Positions 20,354-29,671 of a DNA stretch of 64,000 bases are shown piece by piece (position 1 is the stretch's first letter; every line of letters starts with the position of its first letter). Source of the stretch: an uncultured delta proteobacterium. GTDB lineage: Bacteria > Desulfobacterota > Syntrophorhabdia > Syntrophorhabdales > WCHB1-27. Location of the stretch: NCBI GenBank assembly GCA_963810935.1, contig CAWEPK010000009.1:1-64000 (forward strand). The letters are read 5' to 3'. The position numbers and the translations under genes are program-made. Below the pieces are notes generated by a model. The model saw only the letters and a list, made by a program, of their open reading frames with translations. It ran no database searches and was not told where the DNA came from.

Positions 20354-21490
20354 ATGAAAAAGGTAATATTGGTCTTGTTGGCGGTCCTCATCCTGTCCTG
20401 GACGGTCCAGGTATCCGCGGCGGAGCCGGTCAAGATCGGCCTGATCTATCCCCTGTCCGGCGTCATGGCGTTCGACGGGCAGTCGGTCGTCTGCGGGGCG
20501 AAGCTGGCGGCGGAGGAGATAAACAAGAAGGGCGGCGTCCTCAAAGGACGGCAGATAGAGATTATAGTCGAAGACGGCCAGGGCATGCCCGCTCAGTCCG
20601 TAGCCGCAGCGGAAAAGCTGATAAACCGGGACAAGGTGGCGGTCGTAATGGGCGCCCTGCGGAGCACGGCGAGCCTTGCGGTCCAGCCGATAGCAGAGAA
20701 GAACAAGACCCCTATGGTGACTGTCATCTCGACTGCCCCGAAGCTGACGGAGGGCGGATACAAGTATTACTTCCGGATCTGTCCACAGGAGGCCATGCTG
20801 GTGGCAGTGGCGGCCAAGTTCATAGGCACCAAGCTCGGTATAAAGAAGCTCTGCTACATGGGTCCCAACGACGAGTGGGGCCGCGCTGCGCTTGACGCCT
20901 GGGGCAAGCTGATGAAAGAGAACGGCGGGGAGCTCCTCAGGGGAGACCTGGTTCCCAACAACGAGACCAACTTCCAGCCGTACCTGACCAGGATAAAGTC
21001 CCTCAACCCTGACGCGGTCGCCGTGCAGGCGGAAACGCTGATGGCGTCGATGGTTTTCAAGCAGGCAAAGGAAATGGGCCTGACGATGCCGTTCATCGGC
21101 CACGGGGCGACGGCCTCTGATGAGTTCATAAAGCTGGCCGGCGCCGCAGCCGAGGGCGTCTACTCGATGATGCCCTATGTCTACACTTACGATTCACCTC
21201 AGAACAAAGCGTTCACGGCCGCATACGCGAAGCGCTACCCCGACAGGGGCATGCCTGACAAGTACTCCGTCGGCGGCTATGACGGCGTCTATGTTATCGC
21301 CGACGCGATCAGCAAGGCCGGCAACGCCGACCGGGAATCGATCAAGAACGGCATGACGAAGATCGAGTCGCACCGGATACAGGGCCTGATCAAATTCGAC
21401 GCAAAGGGTCAGGCGCACCCGCTGGCCTTCGTCGCGCAGAACAAGAAAGGCGTACCCCAGGTTATCGGGTTTCAGACGACAAAGGATTAG
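20354..21490 (+). CDS. Liv-type ABC substrate-binding protein
   Basis: Signal peptide, VKIGLIYPLSG, INKKGGVLKGR. Strong GGAGGAG RBS. Confidence 0.92.
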   Translation: MKKVILVLLAVLILSWTVQVSAAEPVKIGLIYPLSGVMAFDGQSVVCGAKLAAEEINKKGGVLKGRQIEIIVEDGQGMPAQSVAAAEKLINRDKVAVVMGALRSTASLAVQPIAEKNKTPMVTVISTAPKLTEGGYKYYFRICPQEAMLVAVAAKFIGTKLGIKKLCYMGPNDEWGRAALDAWGKLMKENGGELLRGDLVPNNETNFQPYLTRIKSLNPDAVAVQAETLMASMVFKQAKEMGLTMPFIGHGATASDEFIKLAGAAAEGVYSMMPYVYTYDSPQNKAFTAAYAKRYPDRGMPDKYSVGGYDGVYVIADAISKAGNADRESIKNGMTKIESHRIQGLIKFDAKGQAHPLAFVAQNKKGVPQVIGFQTTKD

Positions 21491-21535
21491 ACCCGGCTTA
21501 TATGCCGGAAACCGCGCGTGATGGAACGCGCGAAA

Positions 21536-21590
21536 GGGTGAGGGCAGATATACCCCTCACCCCGACCCTCCTCTTCCGGGAGCGAAGGTG
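21536..21590. repeat. REP-like intercistronic palindrome
   Basis: GGGTGAGGG (21536-21544) pairs with CCCTCACCC (21554-21562). Lies between the SBP and permease genes. Confidence 0.4.
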
Positions 21591-21620
21591 GCGCGGACCG
21601 CGGACGGTGCCTGAAATATA

Positions 21621-22499
21621 ATGTCGATCTTCATTCAACAGCTCGTCAACGGCCTTATCATAGGCGGTGTTTACGGCCTGATCGCCGTGGGCCTCACGAC
21701 GATTTACGGGCTGATGGACGTCGTCAACTTTGCCCACGGCGAGTTCTACATGCTGGGCGGCATGATCGCTTTCTTCATCATGCAACTCACCGGTGCGAAT
21801 TACTTCATAGCCATCGCCGCCTCGGTTATCCTGGTCATGTGCATCGGATATATCTGTGAAAAGTTGTTGCTGAAGAGGCTGCGCGACAAAAAAACGGACA
21901 TCCTCGTGGCTGGGGCCCTTGTCACCATAGGCATTTCCATCTTTTTCCAGAATACGGGCCTCCTCGTTTTCGGCTCCGTCCCCCGCATGATCCCTTCACC
22001 TTTTTCGACGGAGCCCCTTCAGATCGGCCCCATACTCCTGGGCCGGATGAACCTCTTTGCGGGCGTAGTGACGGTGGCGGTCATACTCTTTTCCCATTAC
22101 TTCATCAAGAAGACGACCATGGGCATGGCGATGCGCGCCACGTTCCAGGACAAGGACGTGGCGGCCCTTGTCGGCGTGCACATCGACCGGGTTTTCTCCT
22201 TCACGTTTATGCTCGGCGCAGGCCTCGCCGCGACGGCCGGCGCCCTCCTCGGCCCCATATACATCATCTACCCCAACGTCGGGGAGAGCGTGATCCTGAA
22301 GGCCTTCGTGATCGTGATCGTCGGAGGGATGGGGAACTTCCTGGGGGCCATCTTCGCCGCCCTCATGCTGGGGGTAATGGAGGGCCTCGGGGCGGCCTAC
22401 ATCACGGCGGAATACAAAGACCTCATCGGGTTTGTGCTGGTGCTCCTCATATTGCTGTTCAGGCCATCGGGGCTTTTCGGGCGGATGAAAAGGGTATGA
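21621..22499 (+). CDS. livH: ABC permease, LivH-like
   Basis: GGVYGLIAVGL, VNFAHGEFYM. Confidence 0.92.
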   Translation: MSIFIQQLVNGLIIGGVYGLIAVGLTTIYGLMDVVNFAHGEFYMLGGMIAFFIMQLTGANYFIAIAASVILVMCIGYICEKLLLKRLRDKKTDILVAGALVTIGISIFFQNTGLLVFGSVPRMIPSPFSTEPLQIGPILLGRMNLFAGVVTVAVILFSHYFIKKTTMGMAMRATFQDKDVAALVGVHIDRVFSFTFMLGAGLAATAGALLGPIYIIYPNVGESVILKAFVIVIVGGMGNFLGAIFAALMLGVMEGLGAAYITAEYKDLIGFVLVLLILLFRPSGLFGRMKRV

Positions 22500-23443
22500 G
22501 CAAGCGCGTCCGGGCCATCCTTTACGGGCTGTTATTCGCGGCGCTTGCCGCCCTGCCCCTTGTCCTGACGAACGATTACGACATCCATATCTTCATCATG
22601 GTGGGCATATTCGCCATACTGGCGATGGGTTTCAACCTGATCTTCGGTTATATCGGCCAGTTGTCCCTCGGCCATACGGCCTACTACGCCATAGGCGCTT
22701 ACGCCTCGGCGCTTGCCGCCCTCAAATGGGGGTTCCCTTTCTGGCTGGGGCTGGCCTTCGCGGGCGTGGTCACGGGCATATTCGGCTTCCTGATAGGCGT
22801 GATAGCCCTGCGATGGAGGAGCCATTCCTTCGTCATAGCGACTATCTGCTTCTGGGGCATCATCCACGTCATCCTTTTCAATTGGGTGTCGCTGACCAAC
22901 GGCCCGGTCGGCCTGGGCAACATCCCGCCCCCCTCCCTGTTCGGCATGGTGTTCACGAGCAAGGTGCATTTCTACTACCTGCTCCTGGCCTTTGTAGTCG
23001 GCGTCTACTGGCTGACCAAAAGGGTTGTCTCCTCTCCGATAGGCAGGTGCTTCAGGGCCATTAGCGAAAACGAGCCGCTTGCGGAGTCGGTGGGGATCAG
23101 TGCCTTCCGCTTCGCCATGCTGGCTTTTATCCTCTCCACGGTGCTGGCGGGCATGGCCGGGAGCATCTGTGCCCACTACGTCTCCTACATAAGCCCGGAG
23201 ATCGCGGAGTTCTCGGTGATGATAACCATCCTGGTGAGCGTCGTGCTGGGAGGCAGAGGCACGCTCATAGGGCCGGTGCTGGGGGCCGCTATCGTCATCT
23301 TCCTCCAGGAATACCTGCGGTTCGCCAAGGAATTCCGCCTGCCGATCTTCGGCCTCGTCCTGATCCTGGGCATCGTTTTTCTGCCTAGGGGGATCGTGAT
23401 GCTCCCCGGCATCATAGCCGCCCACAGGAGGAAGCCGAAGTGA
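22496..23443 (+). CDS. livM: ABC permease, LivM-like
   Basis: GQLSLGHTAYYAIGAY, GGRGTLIGP. Confidence 0.92.
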   Translation: MSKRVRAILYGLLFAALAALPLVLTNDYDIHIFIMVGIFAILAMGFNLIFGYIGQLSLGHTAYYAIGAYASALAALKWGFPFWLGLAFAGVVTGIFGFLIGVIALRWRSHSFVIATICFWGIIHVILFNWVSLTNGPVGLGNIPPPSLFGMVFTSKVHFYYLLLAFVVGVYWLTKRVVSSPIGRCFRAISENEPLAESVGISAFRFAMLAFILSTVLAGMAGSICAHYVSYISPEIAEFSVMITILVSVVLGGRGTLIGPVLGAAIVIFLQEYLRFAKEFRLPIFGLVLILGIVFLPRGIVMLPGIIAAHRRKPK

Positions 23444-24219
23444 GCGAGAAGTTCTTCCATACCGAGGGCCTTACGGTCCGCTTCGGCGGTCTAACGGCAG
23501 TGGACCATCTCGACTTCGAGATCAGGCAAGGGGAGATCCTGAGCCTCATCGGCCCGAACGGGGCGGGGAAGACGACGGCCTTTAACGCGATAACGGGCTT
23601 CACCTCCCTTTCCTCCGGGTCCATCCACTTTTGCGGCTATGACCTGACGGGCCTGCACCCGTTCCAGGTCGCCACCTGCGGATTGGTGAGGACCTTCCAG
23701 CAGACGAGCGTTTTCTCGGAAGTCACCGTCGGGGAGTGCGTCCTCATGGGCAGCCATAAAGGCGCGGAGACCCGCTTCCTGCCCACCCTTTTCCATTCCG
23801 CGTCATACAGGAGGAAGGAAAAGGAAGTTGCAGCCCGGGCCAGGGAGATAATCGACTTCATCGGGCTGGCCGGCAGGTCGGACGTCGCAGCACGGAACCT
23901 ATCCTACGGGGAGCAGAAGCTCCTCGAGATCGCCGTAGCCCTAGGGGCCGCCCCGAAGCTGCTTCTTTTGGACGAGCCGGTTTCAGGCATGAACCCCGAG
24001 GAGTCGCGCTCCACGATGGAGCTTATCTTCGCGCTGCGGAAGCAGGGGATCACCATACTCCTCGTGGAGCACGACATGAGCGTCGTGATGGACATCTCCG
24101 ACCGCATCGTGGTCCTGAACTACGGAAAGAAAATCGCCGAAGGCACGCCCGCGCAAGTCTGCGAGAACGGCGAGGTGATAGAGGCATACCTGGGGAGCGG
24201 TCTGAAATGCTCTATTTAA
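23440..24219 (+). CDS. livG: ABC ATP-binding protein, LivG-like
   Basis: GPNGAGKT, LSYGEQK, VEHDM. Confidence 0.92.
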   Translation: MSEKFFHTEGLTVRFGGLTAVDHLDFEIRQGEILSLIGPNGAGKTTAFNAITGFTSLSSGSIHFCGYDLTGLHPFQVATCGLVRTFQQTSVFSEVTVGECVLMGSHKGAETRFLPTLFHSASYRRKEKEVAARAREIIDFIGLAGRSDVAARNLSYGEQKLLEIAVALGAAPKLLLLDEPVSGMNPEESRSTMELIFALRKQGITILLVEHDMSVVMDISDRIVVLNYGKKIAEGTPAQVCENGEVIEAYLGSGLKCSI

Positions 24220-24917
24220 GCGACGTGTCCGCATATTACGGCAACGTGCAGGCCCTGAGGGGCATTTCCTTCGAGGTCAACGAGGGCGAGATGGTCGCCC
24301 TGATCGGCTCGAACGGGGCCGGGAAGACGACCACGCTGCGCACCATCTCCGGGCTTCTTGCGCGGACCGCGGGCCACATCACGTTCATGGGCGAGGAGAT
24401 CGGCGGCCTGCCGCCCTTTGAGGTCATCAAGAGGGGGATCGCCCATTCGCCGGAAGGCAGAAGGGTCTGGCCGGACATGACCGTCTTCGAGAACCTGCGG
24501 ATGGGCGGGTACCTGCGGAAAGACGCAGACGGGCTGAAGGAAGACTTCGACAAGATGTACGCCCTTTTCCCGATCCTTGCCGAGCGCCGGCACCAGATGG
24601 CGGGGAGCCTCAGCGGCGGAGAGCAGCAGATGCTCGCCATAGCGCGGGCGCTGCTTTCGAGGCCGAAACTTCTGCTCCTCGACGAGCCTTCTTTAGGGCT
24701 GGCCCCGATCATGGTGGAAAGGGTGGCGGAGACCGCTGTGGCCCTCAACCGGTCCGGCATGACGATCCTCCTGGTGGAGCAGAACGCCAACCTTGCCCTA
24801 ATTGTCTCCAGCCGGGCCTACGTCCTTCAGACGGGGCGGATCATCCTTTCAGGCAAGTCCGTCGAACTTTTGGCGAACGGCGAGGTCCGCAAGGTATATC
24901 TAGGCAAATCCGACTAA
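24207..24917 (+). CDS. livF: ABC ATP-binding protein, LivF-like
   Basis: GSNGAGKT, LSGGEQQM, DEPSLGLAP. Confidence 0.92.
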   Translation: MLYLSDVSAYYGNVQALRGISFEVNEGEMVALIGSNGAGKTTTLRTISGLLARTAGHITFMGEEIGGLPPFEVIKRGIAHSPEGRRVWPDMTVFENLRMGGYLRKDADGLKEDFDKMYALFPILAERRHQMAGSLSGGEQQMLAIARALLSRPKLLLLDEPSLGLAPIMVERVAETAVALNRSGMTILLVEQNANLALIVSSRAYVLQTGRIILSGKSVELLANGEVRKVYLGKSD

Positions 24918-24937
24918 CGAAGCGTGAGGGGGGTCGC

Positions 24938-26254
24938 GTGCAGCGCAAAACCGTGACATTGCCTGTTCCTTACGAAACACCGGAAGAAAGAGGGGTATTC
25001 CTCGACCTGGAGGTCCGCCCGGAGAACCTGGCCGGCGTCTTCGCTCCCGAGGAGCCGCAGCCCCTGGACGACCTTTTGGGGGCGCTGGATTGGGCCGTCG
25101 AGCACCCCGTGGGCGGCGGGAAGCTTTCCAGGATACTCGCTGAAGGCCTGAAGGTGGCCGTCATCATCGAGAACCAGTACCGCCAGGCGCCCGCCGACGC
25201 CGTAGTGCCTATGCTCCTTGCGCGGATCAGAGAGGCAAAGGCCGAGGCGACCATCATGATCGGCAACGCCCGGCTCGTGCCGCTGACCCCGGACCAGATC
25301 AGGGAAAAGCTGGGCGGCGGCCTTGTGGACAGCGGAGTCGATATAGTCTGCAACGACGTGAGCAAGCCGGAGAACTACGTCTTCAGGGGGATAACAAGCT
25401 TCGGCGTCCCCCTCTACATCCACCGGAAGGTGGCGGAAGCCGATGTAATAATCACCCTTGCGACTACTCAGGCAACCCTTTGGGGATACGGCGGGTCGGG
25501 TATGATCAATCCCGCGGTCACGTCTCTCGATACGATCGAGCAAAACCATTTCATGGCGCTCGCCCCCGACTGCACGCCGGGAAACAACGAATGCAGCATC
25601 CAATTGGACAAGTACCAGGCGGCCCGCATGGCGGGCGTCTCAATGGGAATTAACGTGATCGTCAACAACAGGCTTGAGACGGTCGATATAAACGCCGGCG
25701 ATTTCGTGGAAGCCCACAGGGAATCAGTCAGGAAGTATGACCGGATATACAGAATGGACGCTTCTTCCCTTAAAGAGCGGAAGGCGGATATTGTGGTCGC
25801 GGGCACATCATCCCCCACCGATCATCTTTTTTACCACACCTGCTGGGCCATCCAGAACTGCCTGCCCATAGTGAATAAGGGCGGCACGATCATCTTCGCC
25901 TCCCCATGCCCCGGATACCACGGCCTGCCTGGTTTCGCCTTCATGGACCTTTTGACGCCGCATATGCCCGCGACGCGGGAAAACCTCCTCAAAGCCATAC
26001 CGGTTTTTTACAACCAATCGAGCAGGCTGAGGGCGGCAGGGATCAGGTTCAAGACATACAGCGCCATGATCGATTACGATATAAAGATAGTCACGCTCCC
26101 GCAAAACCACGCTTTCGCCCGCGATATAGGCTTCAACGTTTACGGGTCCATCGGGGATGCGTACCGTGACGCGCTCACGAGGCACGGTAACGGCGCCAGG
26201 GTTGCCTTCGTCCCCTACGGGCGGTACACCGTGCTCGATGTAGGTAGGGCGTAA
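24938..26254 (+). CDS. LarA (lactate racemase) superfamily protein, atypical
   Basis: LarA-like layout: A...PVG..L, KVAVII, GITSFGVP, EADVII, TIEQNH, AGD..EAH, ADIVV, GGTII...C. Confidence 0.8.
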   Translation: MQRKTVTLPVPYETPEERGVFLDLEVRPENLAGVFAPEEPQPLDDLLGALDWAVEHPVGGGKLSRILAEGLKVAVIIENQYRQAPADAVVPMLLARIREAKAEATIMIGNARLVPLTPDQIREKLGGGLVDSGVDIVCNDVSKPENYVFRGITSFGVPLYIHRKVAEADVIITLATTQATLWGYGGSGMINPAVTSLDTIEQNHFMALAPDCTPGNNECSIQLDKYQAARMAGVSMGINVIVNNRLETVDINAGDFVEAHRESVRKYDRIYRMDASSLKERKADIVVAGTSSPTDHLFYHTCWAIQNCLPIVNKGGTIIFASPCPGYHGLPGFAFMDLLTPHMPATRENLLKAIPVFYNQSSRLRAAGIRFKTYSAMIDYDIKIVTLPQNHAFARDIGFNVYGSIGDAYRDALTRHGNGARVAFVPYGRYTVLDVGRA

Positions 26255-26271
26255 GGAGCGGGGGATTTATT

Positions 26272-26649
26272 TCAGGATTGAAACTGTTTTTTGCTGACAG
26301 GCAGGCTGTCGAGAATGGCCTTGAGCTGATCTCTCAGCACGGGCTTGGTGAGCGTCGCCCGTATGCCGCTCGACCGGACCTCGTCCTCCGGGATGATGCT
26401 GCCGTAGCCGGTGACGAGGATTACGGGGATATCGTCCTTTATGCCGATGAGCCGTCTCGCCAGCTCGGTCCCTCTCATTCCCGGCATTATCTCGTCCACG
26501 ATTGCGATATCGAATCTTTCGGGGGCGTCAGAGAAGAGCGCAAGCGCCTGAAGCGGACCGTTGACGGAAAGAGACGTATAGCCCAAACGGTCAAGGACCG
26601 TTGCCATCAACTCCGTCACTTCCTCTTCGTCGTCTACGAGCAGTACCAT
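26272..26649 (-). CDS. Single-domain response regulator (REC)
   Basis: LLVDDE, DEIMP, VTG, KP. Confidence 0.88.
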   Translation of the reverse strand: MVLLVDDEEEVTELMATVLDRLGYTSLSVNGPLQALALFSDAPERFDIAIVDEIMPGMRGTELARRLIGIKDDIPVILVTGYGSIIPEDEVRSSGIRATLTKPVLRDQLKAILDSLPVSKKQFQS

Positions 26650-26720
26650 GCGCCGTCCCGTGATTATCCAGCATTAAAGATAAGGTCCTCACCGTGCAAA
26701 ATCAAGGGCCGTGCACAGGT

Positions 26721-27059
26721 CTACGCCGCTTCCGCGCTCTTTTTTTCCGTCCGTCCGGTGACGATATTATCGAGGGAATAGACGCATATCCTGCTCTCGC
26801 CCGACTCGTCCGTTTTTGCCTTTTTACTGATAAAGGCGACGGTCTTTTCCGCTATTTCATCGGCAACGACAACCTCCATCTTCGCCTCCGTGACGAACGG
26901 CGGGTCGCACCGCATCGCGCGGTAGATCTGTACGGCCGGCGCAGGACCGCCGAAGCACTTGACCTCCGTTACCACAATCCCCCGGATTCCCATGCCGACC
27001 AGGCTGCCGGCCACCTCCTCGATTTCCGCAGGCTCCAATACGGCCTCTATCTTCTTCAT
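26721..27059 (-). CDS. Divergent PII-family protein
   Basis: 112 aa, colinear with GlnB (MKKIEAV..., VTEVK.FG, YR, KME.VV) but effector-binding residues are substituted. Confidence 0.8.
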   Translation of the reverse strand: MKKIEAVLEPAEIEEVAGSLVGMGIRGIVVTEVKCFGGPAPAVQIYRAMRCDPPFVTEAKMEVVVADEIAEKTVAFISKKAKTDESGESRICVYSLDNIVTGRTEKKSAEAA

Positions 27060-27084
27060 CTTTCCTCCTCGTCGCAGACTTCAA

Positions 27085-27948
27085 TCACAACGCGTAAAAC
27101 AGCCTGTCAAAAAGCTCCTCATCCTCGATCCCGAGCAGCGTCCGCCGCACTATTCCGAGCACTCCTGCAACGGCCCTCTGCACCGGGGGCACGCTCCGCC
27201 CCATCATTCTCACTACAATGCGTCCCGGATCGACCGCGCTCGCGCCGCACAGCAAGGCAGCATCATCGGCCGCTTCCCTGACGGATTGCACAAGGACCTG
27301 CGAGACCTCCGGCCGGTTATGCACGAGGTACATCGATGCCGACACGTCGTACGATTCGAGCCGCCCGAGGGCACGATAGTCTTCTTCTTTCGGCCGCAGC
27401 ACGAAACGGTCGCGGACGACTGCGCCGCCGCCCGAATATATCTCGGTCAGGCTGTCGTAGGCGTCAAACGCGAGCGACTCCCCCCTGCTTATCCTTCCCG
27501 TCGTGAACCAGTCGAGCAGCAGGCAGGTCGATGTCTCTTCCATCCGGACCACCGTTTTCTGCACATATGACGCGCCTGCGAACGGGATGACGTAGGGAGG
27601 GACGAATTCGAGCGTAGCCCCTTGTGCGAGGGTGACGTGCGTTGCCTGCACGGCAGGCGAACCGTCACCCTTCAGGATTTTTGTCGCCGACGGGCCCGAG
27701 ATGAAGGCGTGCGCGCCGGGGCCCAGCTCGATCTCCACCTGCACGTCGTCCCCGCCCAGCAGGCCGGGCGCGGGGTTGACCACGTAGACATACGCGCAGC
27801 GGCCGCTTCCCGCATAAAAAGCCGGCATCACCCGGAAAGGCATGCGGGAGAAAGACTCCGCGAGGACCGTATCTTCCCGCTGCCTTTCGAAGACCAGACG
27901 GAGGTCCGGGCCGTCCGGCTTCAGCTCATCGGCCAATGAACAGCACAT
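27085..27948 (-). CDS. ureD: Urease accessory protein UreD/UreH (start possibly TTG at 27936)
   Basis: [25 protein letters not shown] motifs and operon position. Confidence 0.88.
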   Translation of the reverse strand: MCCSLADELKPDGPDLRLVFERQREDTVLAESFSRMPFRVMPAFYAGSGRCAYVYVVNPAPGLLGGDDVQVEIELGPGAHAFISGPSATKILKGDGSPAVQATHVTLAQGATLEFVPPYVIPFAGASYVQKTVVRMEETSTCLLLDWFTTGRISRGESLAFDAYDSLTEIYSGGGAVVRDRFVLRPKEEDYRALGRLESYDVSASMYLVHNRPEVSQVLVQSVREAADDAALLCGASAVDPGRIVVRMMGRSVPPVQRAVAGVLGIVRRTLLGIEDEELFDRLFYAL

Positions 27949-28537
27949 CCTCTTTTATCCACCGGATGACGGAGTCGAGGCCCGTCCCGTCCTTCAGGTT
28001 CGTAAACACGGAGGGCCTCTCTTTACGCATGATCGCAGCATCCCTCTCCATTACGCCCAGGTCCGCGCCGACCATCGGCGCAAGGTCGATCTTGTTTATG
28101 ACCAGCAGGCTCGACCTCGTGACACCAGGCCCTCCTTTCCGTGGTATCTTGTCCCCGCCCGCCACGTCGATGACGTATATCCAACAGTCGACCAGCTCCG
28201 GGCTGAAGCTGGCCGCCAGGTTGTCCCCGCCGCTTTCCACGAATACGATGTCGAGGTCGCTAAACGTAGCAACGAGGCCCCTGATCGCTTCCTGGTTGAG
28301 GGAGGCGTCCTCGCGTATCGCAGTGTGGGGGCAGCCGCCCGTCTCGACGCCCCTGATCCGCTCGGCAGGCAGCGCGCCCGCCCGTATCAGGAACTCCGCG
28401 TCCTCTTTCGTATAGATGTCGTTCGTCACGACGCATATCGAGAACTCCGGCGAAAGCGTCTTGCAAAGCCGCTCGATGAGCGCCGTCTTCCCCGAGCCGA
28501 CCGGGCCTCCTACGCCTATCCTTACGGGTCTTTCCAT
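27926..28537 (-). CDS. ureG: Urease accessory GTPase UreG
   Basis: [27 protein letters not shown]. Confidence 0.97.
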   Translation of the reverse strand: MERPVRIGVGGPVGSGKTALIERLCKTLSPEFSICVVTNDIYTKEDAEFLIRAGALPAERIRGVETGGCPHTAIREDASLNQEAIRGLVATFSDLDIVFVESGGDNLAASFSPELVDCWIYVIDVAGGDKIPRKGGPGVTRSSLLVINKIDLAPMVGADLGVMERDAAIMRKERPSVFTNLKDGTGLDSVIRWIKEDVLFIGR

Positions 28538-28546
28538 GACTTGCTC

Positions 28547-29239
28547 CTAAGACTTGAAAAGCCTGGTAAACAGGTGCTCGTGCTGCATAGCGCGAATCTC
28601 TATGCCCGGCGCGAAAGTCGATATATCATCTTTTCCAAGGCGCATCGCCTCCTTCGCGAACCGGGCGGCAACAGGCATCAATCCGCTTATTGCAAGCTGC
28701 CCATCGCTGTGGCCGAGCGGCACGAGCCTTACCCCTGCGCTCACGAGGGCGCTTATGGTCGAATATAGATATGTGCAAAGGCTGCTTTCCGTGGAGATGC
28801 CGACGTCGCCGCACACGGCCCCGAAAACAACGGAATGGTGGCCCCGGATCCTGCGCTCGCCTAAAAGCTCAAGCAGATAGGGCGCCATTGAAGCGGGAAA
28901 GATGACGCTCGCCACATTCAGGAACTGCCTTCCCATCTGCATGCTTGCTTCTGCCGGCTCCCTGGCCAGCTTCATGGCATGGGCCAGGCCGTCCAGGCGG
29001 ACTATCTCCTCCATTCTGCCCTGCGCGGCGGCGCGATGAGAAAGCCTTACGTGGATCAGGTCGCCCCGCGAATAGAGACCGGCCAGATAGGAGCCGACGA
29101 ACTCGACGAGATGTTCCCTTCCCGTTACAAGACCTTCGCTTACGAAGGTTTCGAGGCCTGACGAGTAAGCGAAAGCGCCCGAAGGGAAAAACGAATCGCC
29201 CAGTTGCAGCGCCGTAAAGAATTGTTCGGCTTCATCCAT
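28547..29239 (-). CDS. ureF: Urease accessory protein UreF
   Basis: QLGDSFFPSGAFAYSSGLE, C-terminal HE..FTRLFKS. Confidence 0.95.
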   Translation of the reverse strand: MDEAEQFFTALQLGDSFFPSGAFAYSSGLETFVSEGLVTGREHLVEFVGSYLAGLYSRGDLIHVRLSHRAAAQGRMEEIVRLDGLAHAMKLAREPAEASMQMGRQFLNVASVIFPASMAPYLLELLGERRIRGHHSVVFGAVCGDVGISTESSLCTYLYSTISALVSAGVRLVPLGHSDGQLAISGLMPVAARFAKEAMRLGKDDISTFAPGIEIRAMQHEHLFTRLFKS

Positions 29240-29669
29240 GGTGGTCTCCCCTCGCCGCAGGCTCGAACCTCTCTTTCCTACGCTCGTGCGGCAGGCCTGA
29301 ATGCGCGACAATGCTCTCGACAAGACGGTCATAAGGGGTCATGATGACGTTATCGCGGATCGAGACGGGCAGGTGCCTGTTGCCCAGCTCATAGGCCAGG
29401 GCTGCGGCCGCCGCCGCGTCGCCGAGGGGAACGATCAGCACGTCCTCCTCTTCGGCCACGACCGTAACGTGATACCCCTGACCCGACCACAAAAGGTCAC
29501 CGTGGAGGAGGACGGTGCCCGTCGGCAGGGCTATGGCAAGCTCCCTGCCCTTTTGCGTCTTCACGCGCTGCCGCGTAGTCCTCCGCTCCTGCCATCCCAT
29601 GACGACCGTGTCGCCCTCGCCGGCCAACGTGATACCTGCATCCCTGATTATGCCCTCAACGATTATCAT
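29232..29669 (-). CDS. ureE: Urease accessory protein UreE (no long His tail)
   Basis: AYELGNRHLP, RQRVKT..GRE. Confidence 0.9.
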   Translation of the reverse strand: MIIVEGIIRDAGITLAGEGDTVVMGWQERRTTRQRVKTQKGRELAIALPTGTVLLHGDLLWSGQGYHVTVVAEEEDVLIVPLGDAAAAAALAYELGNRHLPVSIRDNVIMTPYDRLVESIVAHSGLPHERRKERFEPAARGDHHG

Positions 29670-29671
29670 CG

